Source: Phoronis australis (Eukaryota > Animalia > Phoronida). Taken from it: DNA of 64,000 nucleotides. Shown in pieces: positions 50,302 through 63,922 of the stretch. Each line of letters starts with the position of its first letter. The stretch's first letter is position 1. The stretch is taken from positions 319,971-383,970 of the forward strand of contig NMRA01000125.1 of NCBI GenBank assembly GCA_002633005.1. The letters run 5' to 3'. The position numbers and the translations under genes are program-made. A model generated the notes under the pieces. The model ran no database searches, had not been told where the DNA came from, and worked only from the letters and a program-made list of their open reading frames with translations.

Positions 50302-53300
50302 GAATTAAAAGGTTATGAAAATCTGATAGAAAAGGCAGGAATGTAAACTTTAAAGGCAACGGCGGAATATTCTATAAAATGGCCGCATTTAGCAGTCTTT
50401 CTTTTCTCGACTGTCCCCGCACCACGCGTCGGTTGCCACGGTTTAACCCTGACGCCCTGAAAATTTTTAGGGCGTCCGTGCCCGCCCCCCCGCCCCCCGC
50501 TTCCTACGGCCCTGTGATGCATTGTCTGCAACGTCACTTTAATATCTATTTTCAGCAGACATGATTTAATTAATTTTCACCCTCTGCACTCACAAGACCT
50601 TGAACAACGGTTTTATTGAGGAGTTGTTTTTATGCTGTCATCTGTTTAGTGCGCGATGGTAGAGTCCGCAACACCAAAATTACATATCGAATCCATAGAA
50701 TCCAGCTATCAGCGTCTACATAGACCGGCGACTGCTAGTCGAGGGACAGGGAGGGAGGTCCACCAGATACTGGCAACAATTATGGAAAATTCGGACAAAT
50801 CAAGGACAAAATTGGGCAGGGAGAATCCAATGGAAAAATACGAGAGAGATTATAGAAGTCGCAGCACCGATCAGCGAGGGAAGGTAACGGGAGGGCGAAA
50901 TCATTGTTGGAGATCGACGAGGATGGAATGGTGATGACGACTGTGACCGGAAAATGCCAGATGACCCCGAAATGGTTGGCGATGAGTCGCATGGAACGCG
51001 TATAATTTCACAAAATATTCAAGCAAAAACACAAGAGATACATGTAGATTTAATTTTAAAAATAGATATAAATACGTGACAATTTAACTACGGTATGCAG
51101 CAGACCAAAAATCGTGCCATCTACGTCTGATGCCTTGCCATAAATTCAAACGTTTTGGCCTACTTCGTCATGTCTCACGATACGTAGTAGGCCTACTACA
51201 GGGTCAGTGACCGAAAGTCTGATTTCGAGAACACTGAAGGTTGAAAGCGCCCAGCTACTAAGAAATCAAACAACTAGTGTCTTTAATGAAAAATGTAGCA
51301 ACGATAGCGAAACAGAAGCAGGTTCATCCATGTCCAGGATTTGGACCAAGTAAGCGAACCTCTTCTTGAAACAAAAAAGGTATCACAACAATAATACATT
51401 TGACATTTCAAACGACGCTTTCCAACCAAATTAATCCGCTCTATATGGAAACTGACTGATTGATCTCCCTCCAAACACCATTGAGTAATATAGATTCAAG
51501 TCTCTCCTGACTCAGTGTCTAATGAAGTTGAGATTTGACTCTCTCTTCATGTCAGAGAACAATGGTTACGAAGTGCCCAACACTGGGTACCCCGGCGTCT
51601 TTACCCGGCAGTACCAAGCAGTTTAGGTAGCTAGCACAGCCAGAGCATCGTTAAACGAAGAGGTGTTTCGTTTCGTCTCTGTCTTCATCAACATTGCCCT
51701 CATTTTCAACCCAAAAAAGCGAGGGTTTCATATGTGGCCAGCTGTAGCTCGTTTGAACTTAGCAAAGACCTTTACAAAACTAACGCGTTCCCGTCATCGC
51801 ACTCACTTGGCAATATCCAGTCTACGTACCATACAGCAAAAGGCATGGTTATCAAATTCTCGTGCTCTCCTTTTCATACATTTTCTCAAAATGATCTGGG
51901 GCGAAAACACTGAATGCATCAACGACGGTTTATCGCAGTGCTACTCGTCCTCGACGGTATCGCAAAGTTATTATGAACTCTAATCCAAGTGCATATTCAT
52001 ACTCGAACTGGTACTTTCTTAATTTGAGTTCGTGCCAAGCGTAAATCTATATTGTGTCGCTCTCCTGTTTCATTTTAGCGTAGAGCGCATCTAGTTTAGA
52101 CTACAATGAACAGGATTTTAAGATGTAAAACTCAAGTTCGATTCTGAGTTCGATCAAGATTGAAATCGGCCCGGACTCCCAGGCGTGCGCCCACCACATA
52201 CTTAAATATTACAGGGATCTTAGGCTTGGGTTGTGTTGGTAATTGTAAAACTACGATGTTGAAAAAATTGGACACACAGTAGAGTTGTGTTAAAAGCTAG
52301 GTCCCATTTGTACGGGATAGGTGTTTTAACAGGTCCGCGAATTATGTTTAGTCGAAGTTAGTGCCATTAAATTGAATTACTGTCGATGCGTCCTTTTCTA
52401 GCTTCGTGGAAAGTCAACTAAATGTAGGAATTCTTTTTTGCTTATCGTCATTTATTTAGCCATCAACGAACGTACGTGTTGGCCAAACACAATTGCATAA
52501 TTGCATGCCACAAATAACTCTGTAGATGACATTTTTACCACGACATTCGGCATGGCAACGACAACAATCACAGTTACCCGTATTTTTGTTGCAAAGTGCT
52601 TGAAATCATTGGAAGTGTTGCTTGTCAGAGTTTGGTGCACGCATTGCCGTTGGGAGGGGAAAGAGGCACATTATCTCACCTCCACCCTTGAACCCTTCAA
52701 AGAGGTACCCACACCGCCACTGAGCATGGTCCGGGTGTCGTATTAGGGTCTAATGTTGGTTTCTCACCGCAGATCCCCGGTCCGTGTAGTCTTCGGTCTC
52801 TATGTTCCCAACCGATTCTCCTGCCCCCGGCCCCATGATCCTCCGATCCTATGTTCCCCCTGTCTCGATGTTCTCCCTGCCTTGTGTTCCTTGGCCCGAT
52901 CCGTTTTTCTATGTTTCTGCAGGGATATTTTTAGTGCAGAGCTCGGCGTCATTCGTGAACTGAAAAAATCACTAGCGCACTTGGTTTGCTCACCTTGTGT
53001 CCATTGGCGGTCGAGAATCACGCTATGTTGTCTTGTTAGTCTATGTCTCTTATGTAATAACTAGCCGTTAGCAGCTAGTGGGAAACGCCGAGGAGAAATA
53101 GCTACACCGAAGAGTGAATCGATCGAGTGTTCATCGCAAGAGACAGGAATAATTCTTGAAGAGACCATGTTCAAAGCTTCAAGCAGAATTTCTGTCACCT
53201 GTCAGATTTTAGTGGGCAATTAAGGTGTGCGGCTGTGGGATTCTTCCCCTAGGCAGTACAAATTTCTTTCCAGAACATTTGACCCTGCCGTAACGCAAAG

Positions 53301-53400
53301 TACGGTAATCAGATATTCTCCAGTTTAAAGTGAAAACTAAGAATGTATTTAAAATATTGTATAGCACACAAAGTATATAGATGTCAGTTGGGGGCCAAGG

Positions 53401-53994
53401 NNNNNNNNNNNNNNNNNNNNNNNNNNNNNNNNNNNNNNNNNNNNNNNNNNNNNNNNNNNNNNNNNNNNNNNNNNNNNNNNNNNNNNNNNNNNNNNNNNNN
53501 NNNNNNNNNNNNNNNNNNNNNNNNNNNNNNNNNNNNNNNNNNNNNNNNNNNNNNNNNNNNNNNNNNNNNNNNNNNNNNNNNNNNNNNNNNNNNNNNNNNN
53601 NNNNNNNNNNNNNNNNNNNNNNNNNNNNNNNNNNNNNNNNNNNNNNNNNNNNNNNNNNNNNNNNNNNNNNNNNNNNNNNNNNNNNNNNNNNNNNNNNNNN
53701 NNNNNNNNNNNNNNNNNNNNNNNNNNNNNNNNNNNNNNNNNNNNNNNNNNNNNNNNNNNNNNNNNNNNNNNNNNNNNNNNNNNNNNNNNNNNNNNNNNNN
53801 NNNNNNNNNNNNNNNNNNNNNNNNNNNNNNNNNNNNNNNNNNNNNNNNNNNNNNNNNNNNNNNNNNNNNNNNNNNNNNNNNNNNNNNNNNNNNNNNNNNN
53901 NNNNNNNNNNNNNNNNNNNNNNNNNNNNNNNNNNNNNNNNNNNNNNNNNNNNNNNNNNNNNNNNNNNNNNNNNNNNNNNNNNNNNNNNNNNNNN
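53401..53994. other. Assembly gap (594 N)
   Basis: Run of n. Confidence 1.
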
Positions 53995-56536
53995 GATACT
54001 GTCCTGTATTCATACAGTATGAATAAGACTATTAGACACCGGTTAAATCCGCCAGATATGTGTTTATTGTACATGTATGTGCTTCAAGCACGCGGCTATT
54101 AAACATCACTGCAGAAACGAAATAGTTGCTGCGGCGCCACCTACATGACAAGACTAAAAATCGTTCACAATCCGCCATTTTTTCACGGTGTTGTAAAGTT
54201 AACCAATGACTGCCGAGGTTACATCGACCAATGCTAAAGCGCGTGCCCCTGCGTGATACCTGCGTGCTGGCTGGGCTAAGCCCGCAGGGAACCAGCGAGT
54301 TGAGCCGAACGACTGACGTCACCAAGGCCAGTACGAAACTGGCCACCTTCCCTCCGCGTCCGCGAAAAAACGGCCTGAGAGAAAAAAATAGAACACCTCA
54401 AATCCAAATAAGGGGTTGGTGCAATACCCGGGGACCAAGGCAGTGCTGAAACGGGCGCAACGAAGGTCTGTAGTGGAGAAAGGGAGACGTAGTTTGTGCA
54501 AACGATGCATTTTATATAATAGATACCCTCTGACACAATGCCACCTATAACTTTCGTAGCACTGTGAAACGGTGTAATGTAATGATTCCAATTGCAAATC
54601 AAAATAAAAATAAATGACCAAAATAACAAACTCATTGGAATCGACGTCTAAGACAAAATTGTAAAAAAATAACGATTCAAACGGCGGAGAGGCACGATTG
54701 CGAGCTGGGTCTAGACCAATCAACTAGCCCAAACACTGATAACAGACGAAATTACGTGCGTTAAAGATGCCACCAAAGAAAAATACCGAAAAGAAAAACA
54801 TAATGAAAATCACCATACATCAAGGTAAACGATTGTGTTCACTGCAAATTGGGTTAAAATCAAAGAATTATTTTACGATTTGATGAGTGCCCTTTTTAAC
54901 TGATTCGTCACTGCAATTTTGTTGTTTTGACGTTGATATCGTGGGTTGTTACTGTACATGGTTTTGTTGTCGTTCTCACTTCAAAGATTCTGTTTCGCTA
55001 CTCAGAGCGCTTTGCGTTTAGTGTCAGTCGTTATCTCTCCTGTGTACTACCAATCGTCCGGCGGCAGAGTTTGTCGACATGAGGATTACAGGTTAAACTC
55101 TACTCAGAATTTCTGTCAGGGTATTTTTTTAGAAATTATTGGTTTTGATGAGAATCGGGTGAAAGACAGCGGAGTTAGAAGCATTTGCTTTCTGACCATG
55201 GAACTCTAGCTAAAGCCGTGTGGTCTGACATACTCCCGATGTTGACCTCCGTAGACGTTCGTTTGGCAAAGAAACACCGCTGTTGAGTCTTTCTATACGC
55301 AAATACCAATGAAACGGTTCCTATTGTGCAAGTAATTATTAAATTAAAGATTTTGCGGCAAGAATTCCCGGCCATTTCATAGAATATTCCACCGTTGCCT
55401 TTAAAGTTTACCGTCTTTATATAAAAATTTTCCAAGCCTTTTTTCAGATTTTCCCCGCCCATTTTTCATACATCCCTGCCTTTTCTATCAAATTTTCGTA
55501 ACCTTTTAATAGATTTTCACGTCTTTTATAATAATAATACTAATACTACTAATAATAGTGATAATAATAATAATTATTATTATTATCATTATTGTTGTTT
55601 TTATTGCTGTTGTTGTTATTATTACTATTTTAATTATTAATATTATTATTAGCGTTAGTGTAGTTCAATGGAAAAATCAGTCAGTGAATTCAACAAGACA
55701 CGTTTGAAAGGACTGTTGCCAACTAAAACCTATACCTAATTGGTATAATAATGATAATGATAATAATAATAATAATGAAATATTACATTTTGAGTTAACT
55801 GCAAACAAATGTTTTATAGCCAGTAGCATTACAAAATCAAAATGCATTACCTATGTTTACAGTTTTGTTAGATATTGGTTGAATATTTATGACTGATCAG
55901 TTGTTTTGTATTAGGGTAAGTTTTTCCCAACTCTGCCTCAAGAAGACAATCTGTGAAAAAATATATATCATTGTGGTTTTATAAGGAAAAACCTATTGCA
56001 AAAATACAGATCAATTGATATCTTGTAGAGACATTTGCCCGTGATAATTACTGTTCCGTTGGTTTGTTTGTACTGCCAACGGAATAAGAAAAAATCATGT
56101 TAAGGGCGTAGAAGATCTGGCGCCCTCTAAATCCGCCTATGTTTTCTTCATGAGCAGTTCGATGGTAGCTCAAAGATTGGAATTCATTTCAATACCGTAT
56201 GGCATTGCTTCATATCCCTGACTCTACTTAACATCAAAACTAAATGTCATATTAGTTTGCTGTGTCACTGAGGTTTATTTTAAAACCACGTTAAATCTCG
56301 TTTCAGGTACATGTACTTTGTTCTCATTTAGGTAACTGGCTGATGTATGAAGGTTAGTGAAACCTGCCTATGAGGTTCACGACTCCCACCCTCCCTTCCT
56401 CAAGCCTGATTATTGTCAGAGAATAGATTCTGTTACAAGATTGGATTTGGCTGTCAAAGAACAATTTTCATTGGGTAGAGTAGCTAATCCCAAATTTATT
56501 TATTTCAGCGTACACATAACAGATAAAGCCTTCGAA

Positions 56537-58415
56537 CTAATGTCGTTCACAGATGTAGCTCGCTTTACCCGAACATTTCTCGTCATTCCACGTATCATGG
56601 TGATCGATTCGGATTTCCAGGCAGTCTTCGTTTCCGCTGTTGTTCGGCTCACCTGCGGCAAAACGATATAGGAAAATTGATGTCAGTTGAGTGTGTATAA
56701 CATCAATACCCCTCCAAGATTTCGTAATCAAGCAGATTAACATTCAGTTAGGTAACGCAGCGTCTGAAAAAGTGGACACTATATCGTAAGTTCAAAGGTC
56801 CCCAATACACTATATATAAGACTAGTATTACATACAGCGGTGACGATCGGAAGCTAAAGACGTCTGTGATTGAACTTACGATACAGTAGGGTCAAAGCTA
56901 AGGACGCCTGTGAGTTTAACGGGTTTAACAATCTGACGACGCCATTCGATGACAAAGAAGACGGAACTGGAAGAGTTCCAATCACAGTCTGGCTTGCGAG
57001 CAACGCAATGGCGCAAGGCAAAAATCTCCACGTGATGGGGGGGAGGTCGAGGAATTTGACTGTGTGTCAAAAAACTATCGAGATCCACCTAATCTAAGCC
57101 AATCGCACAGGCGTTTTTCCACCTCCACCAACGAAAAGTGATAGAAGAATTTCGGTGGTGGTACATTCATGTTGTTTATGAACCACACGTTTTTGGACAA
57201 TGTTATTACTCGACAACTCAAAAATTAAATCTATCACAGGCTGAAAATGAGTTATGTCTGGGCCAAATTTGAAACTTCAAAATAAATTTTGACTGTTTTC
57301 TCAAATTAAAAACAAATGCACTCAACAGAAATAGGTTCAAACAGTGTTTCAGTACAGTCAGGCGAGCAATTTGTAACACTAGTCAACCAGGACAAGAGCG
57401 GACAAAACCCAGAGAGGCATTTCCCGTTCATGCATCATGGTCAGTTTTCCCTTCACAACAGAAACTGCTTAAAGCTGCGGTCTGTGCGAAATAAAACAAA
57501 CCCACGTGAATCGGGATGGTTTATTCAACGTATTTGCCTTTTTAAGAGTCCCGAGCTGTCTGATTTATTATTTTTTCGTAAACAAACCGCAGCGGCTTAT
57601 GAACAAAATTTCCAGGAATTGATCCTGCAAAGGAGCTCACAATCCCAGCAAATTGATGTACCAAAGCATTTTTTCCTTGTGAATATTTCAGGCACATGCA
57701 GCCGGGAACGGCACTACAACTTATTCGTGCCGAGATAAATAGCCACGTTTTGCACTAAAATTTTTCAAACAGAAATGCATAAAAAACGAACTCTCTTCTT
57801 GGATACACACCTTTGTAATACTTGGAATAGGTAAGCCGTCGTCCGCTTGATTCCCAAATGAATCTCCCTTCGCTCAGTTGATCATTACCCCCAATCCACA
57901 AGCGTTTATTCGCGAAAGACCCTTTGTTGAGGAGGGTGTGGTATATGACTCTTTCTACAAAACATTGTTCTCTTCTGGAAGAGATAGTAACAAGATGGGC
58001 TCCCTCCTCGTGACATTTGGCCATAGCCGTCCACCAGTTCACTGAAGCGCTAACGAACTTGTAGCATGAACGTTGATATCGAATGTAGCCGTCGTCGCAG
58101 ACTTTAGACCAGGTCACCCACCGTCTCGAAGTATGGGAGCAGGTCACTAAGCACGCAACGATTAGCAAAACCTGTGAAAAGTCGTTACAAAATATCGTGA
58201 GTGAGTTGGATTCGTAGCGTTGCCTGATCACGTAGGATATTAATGGTCACATATTGTTACAGGCTCACACAGTCAGTGATTCGTGACACATCTCATTTAG
58301 AGCTAAATTATGTCCCACAAATCTATCTATTTGCCTTGCCGATTAGTTATCTCGTACTGAAAAATAATTTTACCTGAAACCTACTAATTGATATGCCGCG
58401 CGTCCACGCTGTCAT
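56537..58415 (-). CDS. Secreted C-type lectin, copy B; exons 58415-58374, 58171-57811, 56652-56537 (172 aa)
   Basis: Same exon sizes (42/361/116) as copy A, intact frame, GEPNNSGNEDC..WNDEKC, AATAAA (- strand) at 56495-56500. Confidence 0.88.
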
Positions 58416-59404
58416 TTTGCTTTTAAACTGAGAAAACTTCCTGGGAATGCTTACACTTATGGTGATGTAGCATCCTAGACAATTGTCCTAATTTGAGTAT
58501 TTTCAAAGCCTCAATGAAACAACCAAAATATTCCGAATGATCTCAGAAATGGCTGATCAGATTCATGTGAAACTTTCACATTGATGTTTTATGCACTGTT
58601 GTCCAAAACGGGTAGAAGAATTATATTGAAAACGTTCCACTTCTACGATAGGGAATATATAAAACTATGATTTTTATCATTTTTAAAACTCATAAATGAA
58701 AATGAAATGATGATGTTTTAGAAATCTATAGCAGCGTTTATGAAGCTTCATATTGAGTATTTTCATCAAACGAATTATTCATGTTGTTGATACCGTTGTT
58801 TAGTTATTATTGTACCTTCGTTTTTTGCTAAAGTTTACTAAAATTTCATGGTAATGCGACACAATTGATGACATTTTGTTATCAAATTAAAACCACTTTC
58901 CACAGGTATTTTACGTTCAGAATCTACATACTTTTAGAGAATCACATTCTACAGTTTTGAGATATTAGGCTAATTAAAATGCACAGACTTACCGAAAGGT
59001 CTTCCGTAACCTTAATAAAAGACAACATGTCTTTGGTTCAATCTAACTAATCAACGCTCTTCAAGTTATCACGAGCGCGAGATACACACTTGGTTGATGC
59101 ACGGCTGCGAACTGATTGTATTATTAGAGGCTGTCGATGCCCTTATTGGTTAAGCAATAACAGGAATGTTTCAATTCACGCGCGTCCTTGCAGTTTTTTA
59201 CGATAGTTGTGTAAAAATTAAACGAGATCCGTGGAAAAATCTGATCCGCGATCATCACTAAAGAATGCAAGGACAAGGTTTGGGAATTTTTGTAACCCGG
59301 ATCAAAGATCATGATTTGTTTCAGTGTATAATTTGAATTTTAGTCATCTTATTCGCCAAACTCGGGTCCAGCAACTTAAAAGTTTTATATTCACCCAAGT
59401 TGAA

Positions 59405-61749
59405 GCAAAAACAACTATGTTAACCTGGTCCAAGTTTTTTTGCAATGAAATGAGAAAACGACAAAATTCGAATCAATTTTTTAAAACAGATTAATTTTTA
59501 TTTAAAATAAACAAAATAATCACGTATGTTTTGATATACAGTCTGATGGTGCGGTACAATGCTCTTTAGGGTTGTTTCCATGGATTGTTCAGTCGACTAA
59601 AATGGCAACAGAACGTTGGTCTCCCCGCTAGGTTACCCTTCATTTTTGGGACAAGTGTTTTCACATCGTAATAATGCTAAATGCCCGTGACTCTTCTAAA
59701 AACGGCATAATAATTGGAATTCTACATTTTTTGGAATTTAAAATGTTTAACCCGAGCTTACGCGGACTGGCTTCTTGTAATCGACTTCCGTGGTGATCCA
59801 GTTTACGATAACGTACTGAAAATACACTGACAGGGGCTAACTGGCGCCGTGACAACTCGCTCCGCGCAAACGCGACCTAATAACTGAATCGTCAGGCAGT
59901 CAACGTTAACAGATAGTGATGTGTTTCTTTCAGCAACTGCAAACCTAAAATTTACAGAGAACGACTTTACTTTTCCCACCAAAAAGGAACTTAGGAACCA
60001 TGTTAGCATGGGCAGGCCTCTTTCGAAATTTGCCGGGCAAATCGGAATAACAATTAAGCCATGAAGATTCCTTGCGCAGTTAGATAGCTTAGTGCTCTTA
60101 GGTGTCCAGCAGATTGGTAACCTCGTCCTACTGAATTGTTTTGTTCATTCAAAAGATTCACAAGATTTATTGTACCCAATGCAATCAACATTCTTGCTTT
60201 TACTATGAAGCTTCTTACAAAAGCCAGGTTTACATTTTAAAATGAGACCACGACAAACGGTGAGGCCTAGACCTAACTTGCTCACAAATGAGCTACCTAC
60301 GCGATATATGAACTTTCTTCTTGATATCTGAATGTCGTGCTTAACCTTTTTGAGAATCACCCGCATAACAGTCGTGCAGTTGATACTTACAAAAAGTCTC
60401 ATGATTCCAAACTGTCTCTTTCTTGCACCGACAGAAGTAAGACTTTGGGTAGCTTGGAAAGGATTTGATGAATATATAGCCATTTCCGAAGTTCTTATCA
60501 CTGAGATGACGGGTGCTTATTGGTGGGATAATATCAATAGCACGGTCTCTATTCATTGTTCGACTTGAAAAAAAAANGCAAAAACAACTATGTTAACCTG
60601 GTCCAAGTTTTTTTGTAATGAAATGAGAAAACGACAAAATTCGAATCAATTTTTTAAAACAGATTAATTTTTATTTAAAATAAACAAAATAATCACGTAT
60701 GTTTTGATATACAGTCTGATGGTGCGGTACAATGCTCTTTAGGGTTGTTTCCACGGATTGTTCAGTCGACTAAAATGGCAACAGAACGTTGGTCTCCCCG
60801 CTAGGTTACCCTTCATTTTTGGGACAGGTGTTTTCACATCGTAATAATGCTAAATGCCCGTGACTCTTCTAAAAACGGCATAATAATTGGAATTCTACAT
60901 TTTTTGGAATTTAAAATGTTTAACCCGAGCTTACGCGGACTGGCTTCTTGTAATCGACTTCCGTGGTGATCCAGTTTACGATAACGTACTGAAAATACAC
61001 TGACAGGGGCTAACTGGCGCCGTGACAACTCGCTCCGCGCAAACGCGACCTAATAACTGAATCGTCAGGCAGTCAACGTTAACAGATAGTGATGTGTTTC
61101 TTTCAGCAACTGCAAACCTAAAATTTACAGAGAACGACTTTACTTTTCCCACCAAAAAGGAACTTAGGAACCATGTTAGCATGGGCAGGCCTCTTTCGAA
61201 ATTTGCCGGGCAAATCGGAATAACAATTAAGCCATGAAGATTCCTTGCGCAGTTAGATAGCTTAGTGCTCTTAGGTGTCCAGCAGATTGGTAACCTCGTC
61301 CTACTGAATTGTTTTGTTCATTCAAAAGATTCACAAGATTTATTGTACCCAATGCAATCAACATTCTTGCTTTTACTATGAAGCTTCTTACAAAAGCCAG
61401 GTTTACATTTTAAAATGAGACCACGACAAACGGTGAGGCCTAGACCTAACTTGCTCACAAATGAGCTACCTACGCGATATATGAACTTTCTTCTTGATAT
61501 CTGAATGTCGTGCTTAACCTTTTTGAGAATCACCCGCATAACAGTCGTGCAGTTGATACTTACAAAAAGTCTCATGATTCCAAACTGTCTCTTTCTTGCA
61601 CCGACAGAAGTAAGACTTTGGGTAGCTTGGAAAGGATTTGATGAATATATAGCCATTTCCGAAGTTCTTATCACTGAGATGACCGGTGCTTATTGGTGGG
61701 ATAATATCAATAGCACGGTCTCTATTCATTGTTCGACTTGAAAAAAAAA
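59405..61749. repeat. 1172-bp tandem duplication (59405-60576 / 60578-61749) joined by a single n; likely assembly overlap
   Basis: Only a handful of substitutions between copies, n at 60577, single copy in the left arm. Confidence 0.88.
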
Positions 61750-61782
61750 CCTCATACTAATGCCCTGACGAAGTTACTTACA

Positions 61783-63922
61783 TACGGTGGCTGTAAAAGG
61801 ACGACATGGCAATTTTTTTCTATCTATATCGATAGAATTATTATCTCTATCGATAGACTTATAAAAATAAGTAAGTTTATCGACAGAGATTTAACTTACT
61901 ACCTCCATCAATGGACTTACTATCTCTATCGATAGACTTACTAACTCTCTCGATAGACTTACTAACTCTCTCGATAGACTTACTATCTCTTTCGATAGTG
62001 TTAGTACTCCTTCAGTCAGCAGACGACATCGGTAGCGAGACCGAGGTTGGTGCCTCGCTTGTGTGACCATCAAGCTCAATGAGATAACTATCTACATATA
62101 TAGGTCATTGATCAAGCTTCCGGGGAGGAATTGCTGATGTCCTTTCGAGGTGATTTGTTTGGTCTGTTAGACGAGCTCTCTAAGCTTGCAAGATGGTGAG
62201 TGTTGCTGAACTGCTTACTATTGATCAATTAACGGACAGGGAACGCGCACGTAAATCATAATCTGCTTCATTTCGTGGAGTTGCGCCTATTTAGGACGTC
62301 TGCGATGTATCATGTCCCACAACACAGCCAAGGTGCTGAGGGTAATCGGAGTAGTTAAATGATCGTGTATGAATCCCCTGATGTTTTACATCTGCCATAC
62401 CTCCAACAGGGGTTTACTACTGAATAATAAAACACTGGTCCGCCTTGTGTCGGCATACAATACAGATGTAGACACGGCTAACTCATTTTGGCCTAACTTT
62501 ATCAGCCATTATCCCGAAGTGCACAGACCCTATATTTGTTGCTGGACATGGAAATTGGCGACCATTTTTATACCTTACAATTCTATGGTTTAAAAGTTTG
62601 TCAGTATTTGGGTAAACAAGATACCCTTAAGCTAGTTTTCAGAGTCAGTCATTGCTAATACGTTTCCAATATTGTCTGAAATCATGGTTCTTAGATCACT
62701 ACACTGTTGGTTTCAAGTTTGACAGTATGCTGGCTTTTGCTGTGGCTCAGGAACTCATATGGAGGCACCGAACAGACTGCTGAGTTGTTGAAATTGTTTC
62801 TTTAGTTGAAAAGCTTCAGTAACGTACATGTTGATTTATTGTGTTGCGAGTGTAGGGGTACTAACTGTAAGCAAGACAGGTGTGATGGATTTAAGTTCTT
62901 CTTGTTTCAATAAAATTTGAATTAGCATATATGATTTATTTTGTTATACATGTATATACATATGGTGATGCGTTAACTATAAGCAAGATGCACGTTCGTG
63001 TAAGAAGGTTTTTTGGATCGAGTTAGCGATTCGTTACTTTCAGAAGGTTAGACCTATCGGCAATAGCTCCATTTTTGAAAGTGTGCTGACCATTGCAACG
63101 AGGTGCCATATTTAAACCGCCGGTTTATAATATCACATGTGCCATCAGTTTGTGTGCCCTTGCCAGTAAGACAGTATTGATACTTTTTGAGCCTTGTTGT
63201 TATTGAGTGATATGGAGTTACTGGATTTAAGAGCTTTATTTTCACAATAAATGCATTTGCGTTTCACTCTGCAAACATTCACACCTGGTATCAAAAGTGT
63301 ATATATAAACGAAAAGTGTAGCATATAAACTAAATGTTTGAATTCGTCATGAGCAATTATTTATTATAAGACCTCAAGGGAGTACGGGACAAAACACAAT
63401 GAACAAGCGGCAATAGACAAATTAAAATTAAATTAAAAGGCTCTGGTGACAGAACTAGTCATGAGAAAGGAGTCCTACAACGAAAATGGATTTTCACTGG
63501 GATATGACTCTTTGTTAGGCTCATTCTTTTGAAAATATATCCTCCAAACTAGTCTCGATAAAGATAGTAAGTCTATCGATAGGGATAAGTCTGTTGATAG
63601 AGTTACTAAGTCTGTCGATAGAGTTAATGAGTCTATCGATGGAGATAGTAAGTCTATCGATAGAGATAGCAAGTCTATCGATAGAGATAATAAGTGTCGA
63701 TAGAGTTAGTAAGTTTATCGATAGAGATAGTAAGTGTATCGATAGAGTTAATCAGTCTGTCGAGAGAATTAATGAGTCTATCGATAGAGATAGTAAGTAT
63801 ATCGATAGAGTTACTAAGTCCAAAGATAGAGTTAATGAGTCTGTCGATAGAGATAGTAAGTCTATCGATAGATTTGGCATCGGAGAAAAAAATTGCCGTG
63901 GCGTCCTTTTACAGCTACCGTA
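61783..63922. mobile_element. Same TIR element, copy 2 (no DIRS insertion, longer arrays)
   Basis: TACGGTGGCTGTAAAAGGACG... at 61783 and ...CGTCCTTTTACAGCTACCGTA ending at 63922; arrays of about 8 and 16 units. Confidence 0.8.
63552..63872. repeat. 21-bp tandem array (consensus CTATCGATAGAGATAGTAAGT), about 16 units
   Basis: Counted palindromic cores. Confidence 0.9.

Larger units (their letters stand above)
41618..50385 (+). repeat. Left arm of inverted segmental duplication (may extend further left)
   Basis: The reverse complement of the window end (64000) matches 41618 onward; homology ends at ...ATGGCCG (50385 / 55369). Confidence 0.92.

Noticed and set aside
52760-53005. Possible small minus-strand exons (ATGGACACAAG|gtgagc)
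   Set aside because: The downstream segment consists of repeated GGAACATAG motifs typical of a repetitive element, and the translation is unrecognisable.
53343-54074. Long ORFs of more than 200 aa
   Set aside because: Artefacts of translating through the N gap.
59405-61749. Apparent tandem duplication with repeated ORFs (118 aa, 78 aa, etc.)
   Set aside because: Single-n junction, near identity, and a single copy in the paralogous arm point to an assembly overlap. The ORFs have no recognisable motifs.
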